From positions 1 through 38,904 of the IMG/VR virus record IMGVR_UViG_3300030330_005386: 38,904 nucleotides of DNA; one strand, written 5' to 3'. The position numbers and the translations under genes were made by a program. Shown here one piece after another: positions 7,801-14,718 of this stretch. The DNA comes from a virus. The notes under the pieces were generated by a model, which saw only the letters and a list, made by a program, of their open reading frames with translations, was not told where the DNA came from and made no database searches. Each line of letters opens with the position of its first letter. The stretch's first letter is position 1.

Positions 7801-10734
7801 TGTTGGAGAGTTTGAATTATTAACAATCAGCAGATGATAGATACCATCTTGCTCACCAGCAACATATCTTTGAACCTGCTGTGCGCGATATACTTGATAA
7901 GTTCCCTTTGTCCTTGTCTGAGTGAATGTAGGAAGACTTGTCGTTCTAGCAGATGTATCATTAGTAAATGCACCTGGGCCTGCAGAACTTACAAGAGATA
8001 CAGTAAACTCTCTTGCACTTGTGATTCCCGTAACATTGAACTTACCATTAAATCCAGAGTTTGCAGTTCCTACTGGATTGTTCGCACTGACAATATTCTT
8101 AATCTCAACTTCAGATCCTATCTTCAGATCGTGAGGGAGTTCAGTTAAGATATTTGCAACATTGCCACTCCAACTTGCATTAGCAATGAATCTAAAGTTT
8201 CTCTGCTCGTCAGCATTGCTGAGAGTGACAGTTGTGGGACTAAAGTATGTTGCAACTTCAGTATCTGTAGCACCTGTGGTTGTGGAAGAATCTTGAAGGA
8301 TATAACCATCAATTGGTGGACGTGCAGAAGAAATACCAGATCCTGCAGGAATAACATAACGTGCTCTATAAATCGTATCAATGACGTTTCTAGTGTCAGG
8401 TTTACGATTGATGAAAGTTCTAGGAGTTGCATCACCAAGAGATGTGGTTCCCAGTGAAACGAGAGTTGGAAAGATGCTATTATCAGAGGATGCAGTTCCA
8501 ACAGTTACATACCATTGAGACTCTGTAGAGTCAAACTGAATAGGGTGTCCAATGTCACCAGCAGATTTATCAGATACTCTACTCTGAATTCTTAAAATAC
8601 CACCCTTATTATTGATGGTGAGTGCATCACCATTAATTGAGTCATTGAGAGTTTTTGCAATCTTAATCTGATCTGTTCCTACACCAGATGTAATTGCAAA
8701 GTAAATCGTGTTTGAATCTAATCCATCAGGAAGATGTCCATTTTCAGCGATAACACGAATGCTCTCTCCAGATAATAAGTTGTGGGGACTATCAAGAGTA
8801 ATTGTATTTGATGTAATACTATTGATTCCAGATGTTCTTCCAACTTTATGCTGTTTCTGGAAAGTATCCTGAGTTGAAGTTAACTCAGTATCAGGCATCA
8901 CGATACGAGCCGAATAGTTGGTAGGAGTACCAGCACTATCAGGAATCAGAACATTAAGAGTATCATTCTCTTTTGCACCAATTCTATAACCTTCAATAAC
9001 ACTATCGGGTGCTACATCTTCATTGGTTTGATTATAAAGATACAGTCTACTTGTTGATGCAACACCAACTACAGTCTTTTCTACATCAATAGCATTGAAT
9101 TCAATCGCACCTTCAGCAGTCTCAAGTTCTTTGGGCGGAATAATATGAGTGATATAACCTACATCATCTCTTGTAAATGCAGTATTCTTATATCCTTTAG
9201 ATACAAGTGCTTTTGCACCAAAGTTAGAGTTAGAGTTGGTGACAGATAAGTCACCACCACTCTCGGTTACAAAGTGATTTGCATAACCGATGGCAAAACA
9301 CGAAACGATCTGTATCACAGAATCGTTTGATGCCTTAATGTGGAAGTTTTCGTATTCAGGCTTGAAGACTGCAGAACTGTCTTCGTTGATGTTAGCGTTT
9401 CCAGCAAATGTTGAGTCTTTATACTCTCCACTTGTACGATTATACTTTACGAATGCGTTGGCATCTTTCTGAAGTCCAATACCCGTAAACTGGGCAACAA
9501 CCATGGACTTGAATCCCAATGCCTTGCTGCCATCAGCGTGCATACCGCACATACCGAAGACAGAACGCAGAGAGATGTTAAAGATATAAGGAGACGCAGA
9601 GGTAACTGTATCAGACTGCAGATCAACCTGAGAACCTGTTACAGTGGGAAGTGCATCAGAAGGAGCGTTGGATACACTATACTTAAATTGTGTTGTTCCT
9701 TCAACACTGGACGCTAATACATCACTTACAACAAACTGTCCATTATATGCGTCTGTGCCTACATTAGATACCTTAAATGGGGTGTCTACATCCAGTCCAA
9801 ACAGAGCACTTTCAAGAGTTACCGTAACTTCTGTCGTAGCGGTGACACCATCACCTGCCTTGATACTTGTAATTCCAATTGCACCACTCTTAGGGCCTAC
9901 AATACGGAATTCATCAATCTTGGGTTGAATATCAAGTCCTGCATCAGGATAATCTGGTTGAATCTCTCTACCAGAGGAAGCACCATACGCTAAACCAACC
10001 TTTTCATAGAACATGTCAAGATCAGTTCTACCACCATCAAAATCACTGATAAACGCATCATTGATCTTAACGTCATTTACACCATCAGCGTACTCAAAGC
10101 AAGTGAGTTTATGGTGTGAGAAGTTAGGTACGAAAGTATTAGTTGTATAATCCTTATATACTACGCCATTAGGATCACCATCAAACAGAGAGAACTGCCA
10201 TGCGTAGCAAGTTCCTGTAACTCTGAAAATAGCAGATCTTTCTACGTTTACATTTTCTGGATCTGGAATATATTTCGGACGAATTCTAGTTTTACGAAGA
10301 TCTAAACCTACCAGAGAAGTTCCTCTAGGTAGAATAACTCCACCATGAACACTGTTAAGTTTATATAGTGCGTTGTCGTCGGTTGTGAGATCAAAATTAG
10401 TGGTAAGAGAGAATGAGGGGAAGTCAGAAGATGTGAGTCCGTTTCTTAGTTTGAAATTATTTGCACCGTCAGGAATCCATCCAGGACGGTTATCAACAAT
10501 ATGCTCACCAGGATATAATAGAATTGTAGTCTTACTAAATCTATCGTTATCTAATCCACTCTGATATGAAAATCTAGCTGCTTCAATCAGTGCCCTTTGA
10601 ATAGTTTTAAAAGGACGTGCTAATGAATTTCCCTGATTCTCGATAGAATCTGTGGCGTCTAAATCGTTAGGATTAACGTAGAGAATGTTGCCACGCGCAT
10701 TCTTTAAAAAATTATCTAGACGACTGAGAGGCAT
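4855..10734 (-). CDS. Giant virion structural protein (1959 aa), fibre or baseplate-associated
   Basis: Uninterrupted 5.9-kb ORF. N-terminus is MPLSRLDNFLKNARGNILYVNPNDLDATDSIENQGNSLARPFKTIQRAL. The C-terminal third has fibre-like repeats, including GVATATKFVGDGSELFNL, nearly identical to a motif in the 880-aa protein. A late-promoter-like motif lies upstream. Confidence 0.85.
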   Translation of the reverse strand: MPLSRLDNFLKNARGNILYVNPNDLDATDSIENQGNSLARPFKTIQRALIEAARFSYQSGLDNDRFSKTTILLYPGEHIVDNRPGWIPDGANNFKLRNGLTSSDFPSFSLTTNFDLTTDDNALYKLNSVHGGVILPRGTSLVGLDLRKTRIRPKYIPDPENVNVERSAIFRVTGTCYAWQFSLFDGDPNGVVYKDYTTNTFVPNFSHHKLTCFEYADGVNDVKINDAFISDFDGGRTDLDMFYEKVGLAYGASSGREIQPDYPDAGLDIQPKIDEFRIVGPKSGAIGITSIKAGDGVTATTEVTVTLESALFGLDVDTPFKVSNVGTDAYNGQFVVSDVLASSVEGTTQFKYSVSNAPSDALPTVTGSQVDLQSDTVTSASPYIFNISLRSVFGMCGMHADGSKALGFKSMVVAQFTGIGLQKDANAFVKYNRTSGEYKDSTFAGNANINEDSSAVFKPEYENFHIKASNDSVIQIVSCFAIGYANHFVTESGGDLSVTNSNSNFGAKALVSKGYKNTAFTRDDVGYITHIIPPKELETAEGAIEFNAIDVEKTVVGVASTSRLYLYNQTNEDVAPDSVIEGYRIGAKENDTLNVLIPDSAGTPTNYSARIVMPDTELTSTQDTFQKQHKVGRTSGINSITSNTITLDSPHNLLSGESIRVIAENGHLPDGLDSNTIYFAITSGVGTDQIKIAKTLNDSINGDALTINNKGGILRIQSRVSDKSAGDIGHPIQFDSTESQWYVTVGTASSDNSIFPTLVSLGTTSLGDATPRTFINRKPDTRNVIDTIYRARYVIPAGSGISSARPPIDGYILQDSSTTTGATDTEVATYFSPTTVTLSNADEQRNFRFIANASWSGNVANILTELPHDLKIGSEVEIKNIVSANNPVGTANSGFNGKFNVTGITSAREFTVSLVSSAGPGAFTNDTSARTTSLPTFTQTRTKGTYQVYRAQQVQRYVAGEQDGIYHLLIVNNSNSPTVSPFSTERFSQSIQQLYPQTNRDNPKSDPNASSSFALATPVGETVSDDLQSSITKETLNAQVFDYNIGFGVTEVQSNSTGTAHTFFSTIDHGLNRVVNIGIADSGAGYGNGSAGYIYNAKLVSSGAASTQGQNATARLEVNSSGNIVAAKIMDGGSAYSVGDSLQIVGVGTTAPHSVGIVTVTKIHDNTGDTIELVNAKPQSNYPYNTLYRITGVNAGAAKVVQVASAATVGGASGIGITDLTSAAVQINGRSLNVSSFNYNRVTGVGVVTTTENHGLRVNNKIKLGGIDQSLYQGDYIIKKTESQTSFEISVGVGTTAPDPSGTIRVYPFSYASAGGNVVVENENLSGRQQTTYAGITTTISASIVTASTTDVDILNVTDTDINIGDYLLIDEEIVRVKTTVTGNPVSVFRGVLGTRATTHAINAVVKRVACRPVEFRRNSIIRASGHTFEYVGYGPGNYSTALPEKQDRSLTTREALISQSLKYDGGVNVYTGMNDAGDFYVGNKKVSSATGQEEVFDAPIPTVTGEDVSTSGVSVGFDVLTPLEASISRSLRVEGGPEGNIVSEFDGPVIFNEKITSTSTKGIESNSLFLQGDTTVSRKYTVGIATPSLSGNPGDVVYNANPAKGGYVGWIYTTDNDWYRFGSVSLSKTLSIGIFDAVGIATTTPGNNVLQVGNGSTEFSVDTAGRVGVGTSANTFQFRVEGDAYFSGNINSAGVATATKFVGDGSELFNLQTDSLWSGVASGLGTGIYPNNLVNVGIGTTVPHFNLDLGTTGTGTTDLKVRNNSIFDGRIDVVNVNVSGVMTAASHKLDSTSGEIRTGIITATNIVVGTALSTSSNQTGFGTATPRAKVDIEGSAKFKTYSEYVQELDISGGNVNIDLSIAQSFTLTVDEAVTQFTLLNPPSGATAFSILITQDSTGYSVGIATFKDNGGSDIDVKFPAGGVLPIVTTSANTSDIYSFKTFDGGSTLFGVVGGQNFA

Positions 10735-10763
10735 CTTACTAACGCACTATTTCTGTTGTTAGT

Positions 10764-10771
10764 TATTTATC
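10764..10771 (-). promoter_or_regulatory. Late-promoter-like motif GATAAATA
   Basis: Minus strand reads GATAAATA 30 nt upstream of the ATG at 10734, in the 49-nt gap between tRNA-Thr and the giant ORF. Confidence 0.45.
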
Positions 10772-10783
10772 ATTATCTAATCA

Positions 10784-10855
10784 AGCCCCCGAACGGATTT
10801 GAACCGATGGCCTACGCTTTACAAAAGCGTTGCTCTACCGCTGAGCTACAGGGGC
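10784..10855 (-). tRNA. tRNA-Thr (anticodon UGU)
   Basis: Minus strand folds as GCCCCTG TA GCTC AGCGGTA GAGC A ACGCT TTTGTAA AGCGT AGGCC ATCGG TTCAAAT CCGTT CGGGGGC T. This is a full 72-nt cloverleaf with a 7-bp acceptor stem (one G-U), a TTCAAAT T-loop, one U-U mismatch in the T stem and anticodon TGT. CCA is not encoded. Confidence 0.85.
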
Positions 10856-10857
10856 AA

Positions 10858-10942
10858 TAGGAATGGGGAGACTTGAACTCCCACGGGCATAATGCCCAAC
10901 TGATTTTAAGTCAGGTGCGTCTACCGATTCCGCCACACTCCC
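10858..10942 (-). tRNA. tRNA-Leu (anticodon UAA), type II with long variable arm
   Basis: Minus strand folds as GGGAGTG TG GCGG AATCGGTAGA CGCA CCTGA CTTAAAA TCAGT TGGGCATTATGCCCGT GGGAG TTCAAGT CTCCC CATTCCT A. The D-loop AATCGGTAGA and variable hairpin GGGCA-TTA-TGCCC are typical of Leu tRNAs. The acceptor stem has two G-U pairs. Only 2 nt separate it from tRNA-Thr. Confidence 0.85.
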
Positions 10943-10972
10943 AAAAAATCACTCCTTCCAGGTGGGAGGGTG
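10943..10972 (-). terminator. Weak terminator-like hairpin plus T6 immediately upstream of tRNA-Leu
   Basis: Minus strand reads CACCCTCC-CACCTGGAA-GGAGTG followed by ATTTTTT. The stem is 6 bp with a 2-nt bulge. It lies downstream of the small-ORF cluster. Confidence 0.3.
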
Positions 10973-11021
10973 AAATCTACAATATTCATTGAATGTAATC
11001 TTCATCTCCTTATTAGTCAGA

Positions 11022-11192
11022 TTAGCATTCTTCGCTGCTTTCGGCAAATTCCATTTCGCAGCGAATAACATTTCCATAGACTGACGGGTTTCTGCTCTCA
11101 TACTCGTAACACTTAAGAATTTCTTCGTAAAACCCTACAGGGTAAATTTTTGCCGGGATTTTTTTTGGGGCTTTTTTGGAATTAAAGCTCAT
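11022..11192 (-). CDS. Hypothetical small protein (56 aa)
   Basis: The track ORF starts at a TTG (11252). I prefer the ATG at 11192, preceded by GAGGGAAAA and 7 nt after the upstream stop. Reads MSFNSKKAPKKIPAKIYPVGFYEEILKCYEYESRNPSVYGNVIRCEMEFAESSEEC. Confidence 0.45.
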   Translation of the reverse strand: MSFNSKKAPKKIPAKIYPVGFYEEILKCYEYESRNPSVYGNVIRCEMEFAESSEEC

Positions 11193-11199
11193 TTTTCCC

Positions 11200-11418
11200 T
11201 CAGAGAGGATTGGAATACGCAATGGTATTTTCGGGTGCGGTAGCACGAACAAAGGACAACACGTTCATGAACTCATCCATTGTCGTGCAGTCCACCACCT
11301 TCTCATCACCCTCGTTGGAGTAAAGATAAAAGTTGCGGGCAGAAGGATCGATGACGACTCGGGTGAGAAATTCGTCTTGCATTGGTGTTCCCTTGATTAC
11401 CCACATATTATAGAGCAC
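11200..11418 (-). CDS. Hypothetical protein (72 aa; GTG start, or ATG at 11406)
   Basis: The ORF abuts the previous stop (TGAGTG). No recognisable motif. Confidence 0.45.
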   Translation of the reverse strand: MLYNMWVIKGTPMQDEFLTRVVIDPSARNFYLYSNEGDEKVVDCTTMDEFMNVLSFVRATAPENTIAYSNPL

Positions 11419-11661
11419 TCAGGCATCCTTGTCAAGCAACTCACCGATGATTATGTAGTAGCAATCGACAGGTAACCCGTTGGTATCCAGAGTAATCTCT
11501 CTACCCTGACGACGCTTGACACGAAGATCTTGATTTGCTCCTACCTGTGTCAAGTGAATGGTAATGGAGTCCATATCAATATCCTCTTCCCATGATTCTG
11601 GGATGATAATTTCCTTTTTAGTTGTTCTGCCGTGCAGAAATTCAAAGTTTGGTTCAATCAT
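11419..11661 (-). CDS. Small protein (80 aa) paralogous to the C-terminal domain of the 325-aa structural protein
   Basis: ATGA overlap with the 486-aa gene. IIIPESWEEDIDMDSITIHLTQVGANQDLRVK aligns with IIKLPDYWKGLIDYDTISVHLTPFGRKDNLYVK of ORF 13118..14095. Confidence 0.6.
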   Translation of the reverse strand: MIEPNFEFLHGRTTKKEIIIPESWEEDIDMDSITIHLTQVGANQDLRVKRRQGREITLDTNGLPVDCYYIIIGELLDKDA

Positions 11662-13118
11662 TGTACGACATCCGATACTGTAGTGTTATTAATAAGAACT
11701 TGTAGTGATTCAAGTTCATCCATTTCCTCATTTAATTGTCCTAGAATTTTTCTTGTGCCATGTATTCCAAGTTGAATACGATTTCTCTCAGTTCTCAATG
11801 CGTTATTACTTTGTTCTAATATAACGTTGTCACTATTTTGTGCTGTCAGTGCAGTCTCTTTAGTGCTTGAAATACCTAAAGCATTTGTAATTTGATTCTC
11901 AATATCGCTAGAACAATTAGATAGAGAAGTATAATTACCCGTAAGATCGGTAACAGTTATTCTATCTCCTTCAGTAGCTCTTGTTAATCCATCGACAGGA
12001 GCGTGTCCAAAACCAATTCTATAAAACTTTTGTCCTGCTCCTACTTCTGGTTCAACTTTTCCACCATGTTCGAGTGGTAGAAATTTCAACGCTGAATTCC
12101 ACGTTGCAAATTTTACATTGACACCTGAGTTATCAATGTAAGCAGATATACCCGTACCTAATGTGCTGGTGTTTGCAATACTAATAGTTTGTGGTGTGAA
12201 AGGATCTTGATTAAAAGGAATGTCATATCGTTTTCTACCACCAAATCTAAATGCAATAGGATCGTCCAGTGCTCTAAACTCCACAAACGAACCGTCAGAT
12301 TCTGGAGCAGAGGCAGGAGCACCACAATTAGTATCCATTGATAAAATATTAACTGTGACAGCAGTGCTACCAATACCTGATGATGGAATAGAACGGATGT
12401 CCTTTAAAGCCGTTGAGATTCCCACAATTTTTGCATTATTAGGAAAGATAGCAGTTTTTCCTGCACTAACGACAATTTGTCCAACACCAAAAGTTAAACC
12501 AGATCCCACTGGTTGCATCACAGTTACTTCCGTAGATCCAATACTACAAGTACCGATGAACTCACCAATTAATGTGTCGCCAATATCTTTATCATAAGGT
12601 TCTGAATATATTTTCAATCCATATCTGTTTCTTCTATCAAATCCAAAGTATGGGTTATTTACAAAATCATTTATCTCCTCAATTTCATTTCCATAAGTTT
12701 GACTAGCGGGATAATAAGTTACAATACCAGTAACACCCACATATGCAACCGTGCTACCAATACCTGCATTTGAGTCAATATTAGTGTCGGTTAAACTATA
12801 TCCTCCGGGGTTAAGTCTAGTACATTCTAATGTGTACTCATCATCTTCAATCCCTGACGTAAAATCAACAATTCTCCAAAATAAATCACTTTTACAATCA
12901 CTGGCAATTGCTGCATCATATGCCTCACTTACCGCATCAAATGATTTATTAACAACATCAAGGCGGTTCAAAAGTTCTAGTTCAATCCTAACAATACCTT
13001 CATCATACAAAGATTTTTGATCGTCAAACTCAACAATCTGATCTTGAAGTTTCTCGATGTTCATTACTTTGAAATCGATATCTTCTTGTGCTCTATTTAC
13101 AAGTTCTGTAGATAACAT
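11658..13118 (-). CDS. Virion structural protein (486 aa) with coiled-coil-like N and C termini
   Basis: Long ORF in the structural operon with a TAATG overlap to the upstream gene. No specific family recognised. Confidence 0.75.
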   Translation of the reverse strand: MLSTELVNRAQEDIDFKVMNIEKLQDQIVEFDDQKSLYDEGIVRIELELLNRLDVVNKSFDAVSEAYDAAIASDCKSDLFWRIVDFTSGIEDDEYTLECTRLNPGGYSLTDTNIDSNAGIGSTVAYVGVTGIVTYYPASQTYGNEIEEINDFVNNPYFGFDRRNRYGLKIYSEPYDKDIGDTLIGEFIGTCSIGSTEVTVMQPVGSGLTFGVGQIVVSAGKTAIFPNNAKIVGISTALKDIRSIPSSGIGSTAVTVNILSMDTNCGAPASAPESDGSFVEFRALDDPIAFRFGGRKRYDIPFNQDPFTPQTISIANTSTLGTGISAYIDNSGVNVKFATWNSALKFLPLEHGGKVEPEVGAGQKFYRIGFGHAPVDGLTRATEGDRITVTDLTGNYTSLSNCSSDIENQITNALGISSTKETALTAQNSDNVILEQSNNALRTERNRIQLGIHGTRKILGQLNEEMDELESLQVLINNTTVSDVVQ

Positions 13119-14095
13119 TATTCTCTCACGTCGTAAGTGTATCCAGCGATAGAATGATCGGATTGATCACCTGGGTAGTCAGCAGGGGAGTTTCCTTCAT
13201 ATTCTACAATCATCTCACCAAGTCTGTCTGCCCATACCTGATAGAAGCATTTAACATTAGTGAGGTGATCACCCGTTACAATAATTCTATCTTCTTGTAT
13301 ATCTTTTACATACAAGTTATCTTTTCTCCCAAATGGAGTAAGATGTACAGATATTGTATCATAATCTATCAAACCTTTCCAGTAGTCTGGCAATTTAATG
13401 ATGTGTTCTCCATCAAGTTTACCTCTGACATAAACAGCACTCTCTGGCCCTTCAACACAGGTATGTCTTAGACGCCAACCCTCTTTATTAGGATGCTGAA
13501 TGTCAAAGTTCTTCTTAGCAGCAAGAACATTACCACCCGTATCGGAAACGGTAAAAGCAACTGCAGGCCCTGATGTTACGGTGGGGCCAACTAAGGCCTT
13601 TGCAGATGCTCTAACTTCAGCGCCAGACTGTGCTTCAACACCAGTTTTTACCTCTGCCCCCGTTTCAATCTTGACACCAATTTTCTTCATCAAAGAAATA
13701 ATATTGATATCAAGTGGTGATACTGTTTTCTTTGATACCGCATTGATTTCAAGCACAATGGTTGTTGCCATCGTGATTCCCACAGGGCCTAAAGGATCAC
13801 CAATCACCACATCAATAGGAGTTGATGCCGGAGGGGGAAGTCCTCTAATATGAACAATTGAGGGTGCTTTAAATGCAAGCGGATTGGTGACAGGATCAGG
13901 ACGTGTTACCTGAAGAGAGGCAGTGTGAAGAGGGAATAAAGCAGAACTTCCAACTAAAACGCTACCATTAAAATATCCAGTGCCAGGAATGGCGGCCGCC
14001 CCTGCCAAATAAGCAGCACATGGAACAGGAGCTACACCTTGAGGAGAGTAGTTTACCTGTAATTGTTTACCAACTAATACGTCTGATACTTCCAT
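13118..14095 (-). CDS. Virion structural protein (325 aa)
   Basis: Long ORF with Gly/Ala/Val/Pro-rich N-terminal half. The C-terminal domain reads FDIQHPNKEGWRLRHTCVEGPESAVYVRGKL...LPDYW...VHLTPFG and is repeated as the stand-alone 80-aa ORF. Confidence 0.75.
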   Translation of the reverse strand: MEVSDVLVGKQLQVNYSPQGVAPVPCAAYLAGAAAIPGTGYFNGSVLVGSSALFPLHTASLQVTRPDPVTNPLAFKAPSIVHIRGLPPPASTPIDVVIGDPLGPVGITMATTIVLEINAVSKKTVSPLDINIISLMKKIGVKIETGAEVKTGVEAQSGAEVRASAKALVGPTVTSGPAVAFTVSDTGGNVLAAKKNFDIQHPNKEGWRLRHTCVEGPESAVYVRGKLDGEHIIKLPDYWKGLIDYDTISVHLTPFGRKDNLYVKDIQEDRIIVTGDHLTNVKCFYQVWADRLGEMIVEYEGNSPADYPGDQSDHSIAGYTYDVRE

Positions 14096-14097
14096 TT

Positions 14098-14718
14098 TTA
14101 TTTAAGTAAACTCTCAATTAGTTTTGCAAGTCCTTCACCAAATTGAATGATTGTGTTGGCACCAGAACCCGTAATACCTGAAATGGGTGATACATCAGGT
14201 GCTTCAACAACTTTAAAGTCTCCAGAGGAAACTTTAACTTCACCACCAGTGTTTAAATTAATTTTAGTCTCGGCTGCCATACCGATTCTATCATTAGCAT
14301 TTATCTTTAGTTCACCAGTTCTCATATCAATAGCACTATTTGAATGTATATTTACGAATCCAGTGGTTGTGCCATTGCCTTCAGAGATAAGATCAATATC
14401 TCTTGCCATTATTCTTATTCTACCCCTTGGAGCATATAAAATAATATCACCGTTCTCAGCGTATGTAATGGCAGAGACACCATCAACAGGTTTTTCACCA
14501 CACCTAACATTATATACAGATGGTGCAGACACATTGATAGCACCATCTAAAGTGCCACTCATTTGAAGTCCAATGTATTGCGCTCTCTTGAATGTCGAAG
14601 GAAAAATACGGCGAATCATAATCGCCATTTTATTATTTCTTTTATCAACAGTATCTAATACCAACTCACCAGTGGTATTGCCAAACCTATTATAATCTGG
14701 ACAAGTATTTTCTGCCAT
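14098..14718 (-). CDS. Beta-helix-like baseplate or central-spike protein (206 aa)
   Basis: Repetitive short-strand pattern: IILYAPRGRIRIMARDIDLISEGNG...VNIHSNSAIDMRTGELKINANDRIGMAAETKINLNTGGEVKVSSGDFKV. It resembles the gp5 C-terminal needle repeats. Lies directly downstream of the gp5-like gene with a TAATG overlap. Confidence 0.6.
   Translation of the reverse strand: MAENTCPDYNRFGNTTGELVLDTVDKRNNKMAIMIRRIFPSTFKRAQYIGLQMSGTLDGAINVSAPSVYNVRCGEKPVDGVSAITYAENGDIILYAPRGRIRIMARDIDLISEGNGTTTGFVNIHSNSAIDMRTGELKINANDRIGMAAETKINLNTGGEVKVSSGDFKVVEAPDVSPISGITGSGANTIIQFGEGLAKLIESLLK

Noticed and set aside
247-10564. Numerous plus-strand ORFs (60-125 aa) antisense to the fibre genes, for example 247..585, 808..1071, 1552..1824, 1999..2268, 5990..6295, 7834..8148 and 9644..9928
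   Set aside because: All lie wholly inside long minus-strand ORFs. Their low-complexity Pro/Ser/Val/Leu-rich translations mirror the Gly/Thr/Asn-rich sense frame. None has a Shine-Dalgarno or promoter. They are typical shadow ORFs.
10949-11005. 18-aa mini-ORF (MKITFNEYCRFHPPTWKE) behind an AAGGAG sequence
   Set aside because: The AAGGAG abuts the ATG with no spacing. The ORF is made of the terminator-like hairpin sequence, and there is no other support.
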